A DNA stretch of 63,845 nt, counting the filler, from Acidimicrobiia bacterium (GTDB lineage Bacteria > Actinomycetota > Acidimicrobiia > Spongiisociales > JAENVV01): the NCBI GenBank assembly GCA_041577335.1. It is 4 parts of 4 records of this genome, joined end to end, with 100 filler letters (N's around TTAATTAATTAA, not from the genome) between each part and the next. Parts side by side here need not be neighbours in the genome. Positions count along the whole stretch, not along the records: positions 57,342 to 63,845 come from JBFGJH010000100.1; 3 more parts are not named here. One strand, written 5' to 3'. Under the pieces are notes generated by a model that was not told the origin of the DNA, did no database searches, and was given only the letters and a program-made list of their open reading frames with translations. Positions 59,339 through 63,845 of the stretch are shown in pieces. Positions within the stretch are counted from its first letter, which is position 1; every line of letters starts with the position of its first letter. A program made the position numbers and the translations under genes.

Positions 59339-60183
59339 GTCTTCCCGGCGTGGCCCCGCAGCTCTTCGAGAATGGATTCCGGAACGACCAGGTCTCCGAA
59401 GCCGTCGCCGAGACCCAGGCCCGGTTTGTATGAGCCGTGATAGTCACTGCCCCCCGATGCGATCAGGTCGAAACGGCGGGCGAGATCGGCGTATCCGTAG
59501 CGTTCGTGCTGTCGATATGCGGAGTAGTGGGCTTCGAGTCCGACCAGACCTGCCGAGCGCAAACGGCTGAGAATGGTGGACATGGCTGCGGCCCGGTGGA
59601 TTCCGAGCGTATGAGGATGGGCGAGAATGGGCACTGCGCCCGATTGTCGCGCCAGTTTAATGGCTTCTTCGGGATTCAGTCTCGGCCGGCCCACGTATGC
59701 CGGCCTGTCGTTGCCCAGCCATAGGTCGAACGCGGTCTTGATGTCCGGCGCATAGCCCTTACGGACCATCACCGCCGCGATGTGTGGTCTGCCCACACTC
59801 CCGCCGCCCGCCTCTTCTTCGACTTCCTCGATCGACACTGGCATTCCCATGTCGCCCAGGACGCCGACAATCCGGGCGTTCCTTCCTTCGCGCCCGTCCT
59901 GCAGGCCCTTGAGTGTGTCCTGGAGCGGGCCCTGACCTGGCTCCAGCCAGAGCACGATGAGGTGCATGCCGCCACCGTCGAAATCCAGTGACAACTCGGT
60001 GCCGGGGATCAGCTCCAAATCTGTACGTACCGCAGCGGACCTTGCTTCTGGGAGCCCCTCCTGGGTGTCGTGGTCTGTCAATGCCAGTGCAGTCAGCCCT
60101 TTGGCGACGGCGATTTCGACCAATTCAGACGGCGAGTCCGTGCCATCCGACGACGTTGAATGCGAGTGGAGGTCTACCGGCAT
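59335..60183 (-). CDS. PHP domain phosphoesterase (TrpH/YciV-like)
   Basis: DLHSHS..SDG, LTDHD, GRPH, LAHP, GGSDYHG. Confidence 0.92.
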   Translation of the reverse strand: MPVDLHSHSTSSDGTDSPSELVEIAVAKGLTALALTDHDTQEGLPEARSAAVRTDLELIPGTELSLDFDGGGMHLIVLWLEPGQGPLQDTLKGLQDGREGRNARIVGVLGDMGMPVSIEEVEEEAGGGSVGRPHIAAVMVRKGYAPDIKTAFDLWLGNDRPAYVGRPRLNPEEAIKLARQSGAVPILAHPHTLGIHRAAAMSTILSRLRSAGLVGLEAHYSAYRQHERYGYADLARRFDLIASGGSDYHGSYKPGLGLGDGFGDLVVPESILEELRGHAGKT

Positions 60184-60225
60184 GGGCGTTCCGGCATTCG
60201 CGCCAGGCACTGACCATGGGCGCCG

Positions 60226-61017
60226 TCAGGAGTTCGACACATCGATCGTTATCGACTCGATGTAGACCGATTCACGGGGAAGGCTTTCCTCCACCGAGCC
60301 CGGCGCCACGCCCGTCTCGATGTCTGCGATTCGCTGCAACGTGTCCTCGCCCGAGACGACCTCACCAAGCACATTGAACAGGGGTGTCAGGTGCCGGGCG
60401 TCCTCCCCGATGACTATGAAGAACTGGGATCCGGTGCTGCGAGATCCCCTGTTGGCCATGGCAACGACACCTTCTTGGTAGACGAAATCCTCGTCGTCGG
60501 GGAACTCGTCCTCGATGATGTAGCCAGGGCCGCCTGACCCATCGGCCTGTGGGTCGCCACCCTGGATCACGAAGTCCTTTGCAATGCGGTGGAACGCCTG
60601 GCCGTCGTAGAAACCCTGGCGTGCGAGAAAGACGAAGGAATTGACAGTCTCGGGATAGCCGGCGGAGTCCAGCTCGACGACTATCTCGCCACAGGAGGTG
60701 GCGATCGTGGCCGTGACGTCGGCGGCCCCAGTTATGTCTGATTGCCGTTCAGCAGAATCGAAGGTCATGAGTCGTTCCGACGGAGGGGCTTGCGCGCCAC
60801 ACGCCGTCGGCTGATCGCGATAGCCCTCGTAACTCGTCGGGATGTCGCTGTCGCCTCCGCCGAAGATCCCGCTGACGGCGAAGATGGCCACAACGATCAG
60901 GCCAAAGACGAAAGCGGTCAGCAGGCGGCGCCCGAGCTCTTTTCGCTGCTCCTGCTTTCGCTCGGCCTCACGCTTGGCTGCTCGCTGCTCCTTCTGACGT
61001 TGTCTGCGATCGGACAT
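60226..61017 (-). CDS. Membrane-anchored cyclophilin-type peptidyl-prolyl isomerase
   Basis: Basic N-terminus plus TM helix; FHRI...FVIQGGDP, AMAN, GSQFFI. Confidence 0.92.
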   Translation of the reverse strand: MSDRRQRQKEQRAAKREAERKQEQRKELGRRLLTAFVFGLIVVAIFAVSGIFGGGDSDIPTSYEGYRDQPTACGAQAPPSERLMTFDSAERQSDITGAADVTATIATSCGEIVVELDSAGYPETVNSFVFLARQGFYDGQAFHRIAKDFVIQGGDPQADGSGGPGYIIEDEFPDDEDFVYQEGVVAMANRGSRSTGSQFFIVIGEDARHLTPLFNVLGEVVSGEDTLQRIADIETGVAPGSVEESLPRESVYIESITIDVSNS

Positions 61018-61171
61018 GGCGGCGCGACTTTAGGCCACTACCGGCCGCAAACCCTTGCTGCGTCGAGCCGGGCCGGTCACTTGATGGTGAAAAGGGCGAC
61101 TGCCGACGGCGCGCACCGATTCGGACGAGGTGTTTCGCTTTTGGTGGTCCAGCATCCAAACTGAGGGGTGC

Positions 61172-62404
61172 ATGCCCGTTGTCGTCCAGAAATACGGAGG
61201 CACCTCGGTCGCCGATCCCGACCGCATCAAGTCGGTGGCCAGTCGCGTGCGGGCCGTGCGCGACGCAGGGAGCGACGTGGTGGTCGTGGTCTCCGCAATG
61301 GGAAATACCACCGACGATCTTCTCGCCCTGGCTTCCGAAGTGAGTGTTGACCCGTTGCCCCGCGAGATGGACATGCTCCTGACGGCCGGCGAGCGGATCA
61401 CAATGGCATTACTCGCGATGGCACTGAACGACAGGGGAGTGCCGGCAGTGAGCTACACGGGATCGCAAGCGGGCATCCTGACTGACAACGCTCATGGAGA
61501 AGCCAGGATCACCCGGATCACGGGAGAGCGAGTCAAGGCATCACTCGAAGAGGGCAAGGCAGTCATCGTGGCCGGTTTCCAAGGTGTGGATCCCGAATCA
61601 CGCGAAGTGACCACGCTCGGCCGCGGAGGCTCCGACGCCACCGCCGTTGCTCTGGCGGCAGCCCTCAGTGCGGACGTCTGTGAGATATACACCGACGTCG
61701 ATGGCGTGTTCACCGCTGACCCCCGCCTGGTGGACGGTGCCCAGAAACTAGACGAGGTCTCGTTCGACGAGATGCTCGAACTCTCGGCGGGTGGGGCCGG
61801 TGTGCTCATGTCGAGATCGGTTGAGTTCGGACGGCGATTTCGGGTGCCGATTCACGTCAGGTCATCATTTCACGATTACCCAGGCACCTGGGTCAAGGAG
61901 ACAACCATGGAGCAGGCCATCATCAGTGGCATCGCACACGACCGCTCCGAGGCGAAGGTCACGGTCAACGGCGTGCCCGATCGTCCCGGCGTTGCTGCGG
62001 CGGTCTTCGGTCAGCTCGCAGATGCCGGCGTCAACGTCGACATGATCGTTCAGAATGTCTCACACGATGGGACGACCGATATCAGCTTCACAGTCCCCCG
62101 CGCCAACGTTGCCGAGGCGGAGCGGATCTCCAAACAAGTAGCAGTCGAGGTTGGGGCGCGTTCTGTTGACGTGGACACAGAGATCGGCAAGGTGTCGCTC
62201 GTGGGAGCCGGCATGAAGTCCCATCCCGGGGTAGCCGCACGGACTTTCCAGGCGCTTTCCGATGCCGGCATCAACATCGAGATGATCTCGACGTCGACGA
62301 TCAGGATCTCTTGTGTGGTGAAAGCTGACCAGGTCGAGGCTGCGGTCAACGCACTGCACGATGCTTTCGAGCCGCCCGTGATCTCCGAGGAGGTGGGGGC
62401 TTGA
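61172..62404 (+). CDS. ask: Aspartate kinase (alpha; beta from internal start at 61907)
   Basis: [22 protein letters not shown], two ACT domains. Confidence 0.96.
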   Translation: MPVVVQKYGGTSVADPDRIKSVASRVRAVRDAGSDVVVVVSAMGNTTDDLLALASEVSVDPLPREMDMLLTAGERITMALLAMALNDRGVPAVSYTGSQAGILTDNAHGEARITRITGERVKASLEEGKAVIVAGFQGVDPESREVTTLGRGGSDATAVALAAALSADVCEIYTDVDGVFTADPRLVDGAQKLDEVSFDEMLELSAGGAGVLMSRSVEFGRRFRVPIHVRSSFHDYPGTWVKETTMEQAIISGIAHDRSEAKVTVNGVPDRPGVAAAVFGQLADAGVNVDMIVQNVSHDGTTDISFTVPRANVAEAERISKQVAVEVGARSVDVDTEIGKVSLVGAGMKSHPGVAARTFQALSDAGINIEMISTSTIRISCVVKADQVEAAVNALHDAFEPPVISEEVGA

Positions 62405-63414
62405 GTGGAAGAACAGTTGCCGTCGTCGGCGCCACCGGGGCCGTCGGCAGAACGATGGTATCCATCCTCGAGGAGCGTGATTTTCCGATGTCGGCTCTCC
62501 GGCTTATGGCGTCCGAGCGCTCGGCCGGAACGGTCGTTTCCACGAGGTGGGGTGAGGTCGGCGTGGAGAATTTGGCCGAGGCCAGACCGGTTGGGGTAGA
62601 TATCGCTCTTTTCTCGGCGGGGGGGATTCGCTCCAGGGAGCACGCCGGCAGGTTTGTTGACGCCGGTGCCACCGTTATCGACAACTCTTCGGCTTTCCGG
62701 ATGGACCCCGACGTGCCTCTGGTCGTCGCAGACGTGAACGACCACGCGGCGGAAGGTCACGCTGGAATCATCGCAAACCCGAATTGCACGACCATGACGT
62801 TGATGATGGCGGCCGGTCCACTTCACGAGGCTGCCGGACTCAGATCCATGGTGGCGACTTCCTATCAAGCGGTCTCCGGCTCCGGCCAGCAAGGAGTCGA
62901 CGAGCTTTTGTCCCAGTATTCCTCGTTGGGCTCGGACACCGACTCGCTGATCCGAGGCGGCTGGAGTGACCCCGGTGGGACGGTGTACACCCGACCAATT
63001 GGGTTCAACGCTCTCCCGTTCGCCGGCACCGAGGTCGAGGGCGGCTACACGGACGAAGAGATGAAGCTGGTCGACGAATCACGCAAGATCCTCGATATCG
63101 CCGATCTCTCAGTCGAGCCAACGTGCGTTCGCGTACCGGTCCTGGTGGGACATGGCATCGCGGCAACGCTCCGATTCGATCGCGACATGACGGCAGACGA
63201 GGCGGCGACAGTTCTCAGCTCGGCTCCGGGCTTGTCGCTTTGGAAAGACCGGACACCGACTCCTCTGGACAGCGCCGGGATCGACGACGTTCTTGTGGGG
63301 CGCCTGAGGGACACCGTGGGTGAGCCCGGAGGTGTCAACCTGTGGGTAGTCGGCGACAATTTGCGTAAGGGTGCCGCCTTGAACGCAATCCAGATCGCCG
63401 AGCTGCTCGTCTAG
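62401..63414 (+). CDS. asd: Aspartate-semialdehyde dehydrogenase
   Basis: [27 protein letters not shown]. Confidence 0.96.
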   Translation: MSGRTVAVVGATGAVGRTMVSILEERDFPMSALRLMASERSAGTVVSTRWGEVGVENLAEARPVGVDIALFSAGGIRSREHAGRFVDAGATVIDNSSAFRMDPDVPLVVADVNDHAAEGHAGIIANPNCTTMTLMMAAGPLHEAAGLRSMVATSYQAVSGSGQQGVDELLSQYSSLGSDTDSLIRGGWSDPGGTVYTRPIGFNALPFAGTEVEGGYTDEEMKLVDESRKILDIADLSVEPTCVRVPVLVGHGIAATLRFDRDMTADEAATVLSSAPGLSLWKDRTPTPLDSAGIDDVLVGRLRDTVGEPGGVNLWVVGDNLRKGAALNAIQIAELLV

Positions 63415-63495
63415 CCACTCAGCAGATCCGAGTCGCTCCGACGGGGCTCATCTCAATCTGGCTTCCGAGCATTGCCCCGATACAATCCCGGACAT

Positions 63496-63572
63496 CGGGA
63501 CGTGGCGCAGTTTGGCAGCGCGCAGCGTTCGGGACGCTGAGGTCGTCGGTTCAAATCCGACCGTCCCGACCA
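63496..63572 (+). tRNA. tRNA-Pro (anticodon CGG)
   Basis: Acceptor stem CGGGACG/CGTCCCG, anticodon arm CAGCG-TTCGGGA-CGCTG, GGTTCAAATCC T-arm, encoded CCA; TACAAT -10 at 63481. Confidence 0.97.
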
Positions 63573-63845
63573 GGAGATCGCCGGTCAGAGGCTCACCCAA
63601 AGCCTCAGGCCGGCGCTCTCCACGACTGCTAGCCCAAATCGCAGTAGGGCGCGGCTGATGCACATCACGGAGTTCGGCGCTGGCGTGCGGACTCTGGTTG
63701 ACCACCTTGGCCGAAGCAAGACTTTTCGTCCTCATGTCGACCGCTCGTGCATTCCGTCACTTGACATTGGAGCGACCGATCGGAAGGAAGAACGATCACC
63801 CAGGCCAGCGAGATGTTCCCGATGATTAGAGTCGGCTTGCGGAAG

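Noticed and set aside
61018..61171. Lysine or cobalamin riboswitch before ask (GAAAAGGGCGACTGCCGA)
   Set aside because: Only a local resemblance; the other conserved elements are missing and the region is short and shared with a divergent promoter.
63573..63845. Integrative element or att site downstream of tRNA-Pro
   Set aside because: No integrase, no duplicated tRNA 3' end and no credible CDS within the remaining ~270 bp.

Overview
High-GC actinobacterial DNA, probably Acidimicrobiia-like (inferred from mIHF, a helicase-less PriA, an F420-type LLM enzyme and an SLH protein). It consists of four contigs joined by artificial N-TTAATTAATTAA-N linkers (19652-19751, 38583-38682, 57242-57341), so adjacency across linkers is not biological. 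Contig 1 (1-19651) is accessory: ppdK, a propeller/cadherin/SLH surface protein, YciI-ECF42, a GGDEF cyclase, an ABC-2 exporter and many small redox/tailoring enzymes. Several of its intergenic regions share a DosR/OsdR-like palindrome. Contig 2 carries infB-rbfA-truB-ribF-rpsO-pnp (PNPase with a repetitive R/S/D/G tail), a hairpin-dense spacer, Fpg/Nei and a LexA-boxed imuA'-imuB cassette with no adjacent dnaE2. Contig 3 is the conserved pyrC-carAB-pyrDF-mihF-gmk-rpoZ-coaBC-metK-priA-def-fmt-rsmB-rpe-rib cluster with a REC-GGDDF gene inside it. Contig 4 has mce, an epsilon-subunit-like gene, murJ, PHP, cyclophilin, ask-asd and tRNA-Pro(CGG). I found no CRISPR array, prophage, IS or defence system, and no clearly new multi-gene system is demonstrated. 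The best leads are the PNPase tail, the dnaE2-less mutasome cassette, the putative DosR-like regulon, the hairpin cluster and the REC-GGDDF gene. All calls come from reading motifs by eye; no database searches were run.
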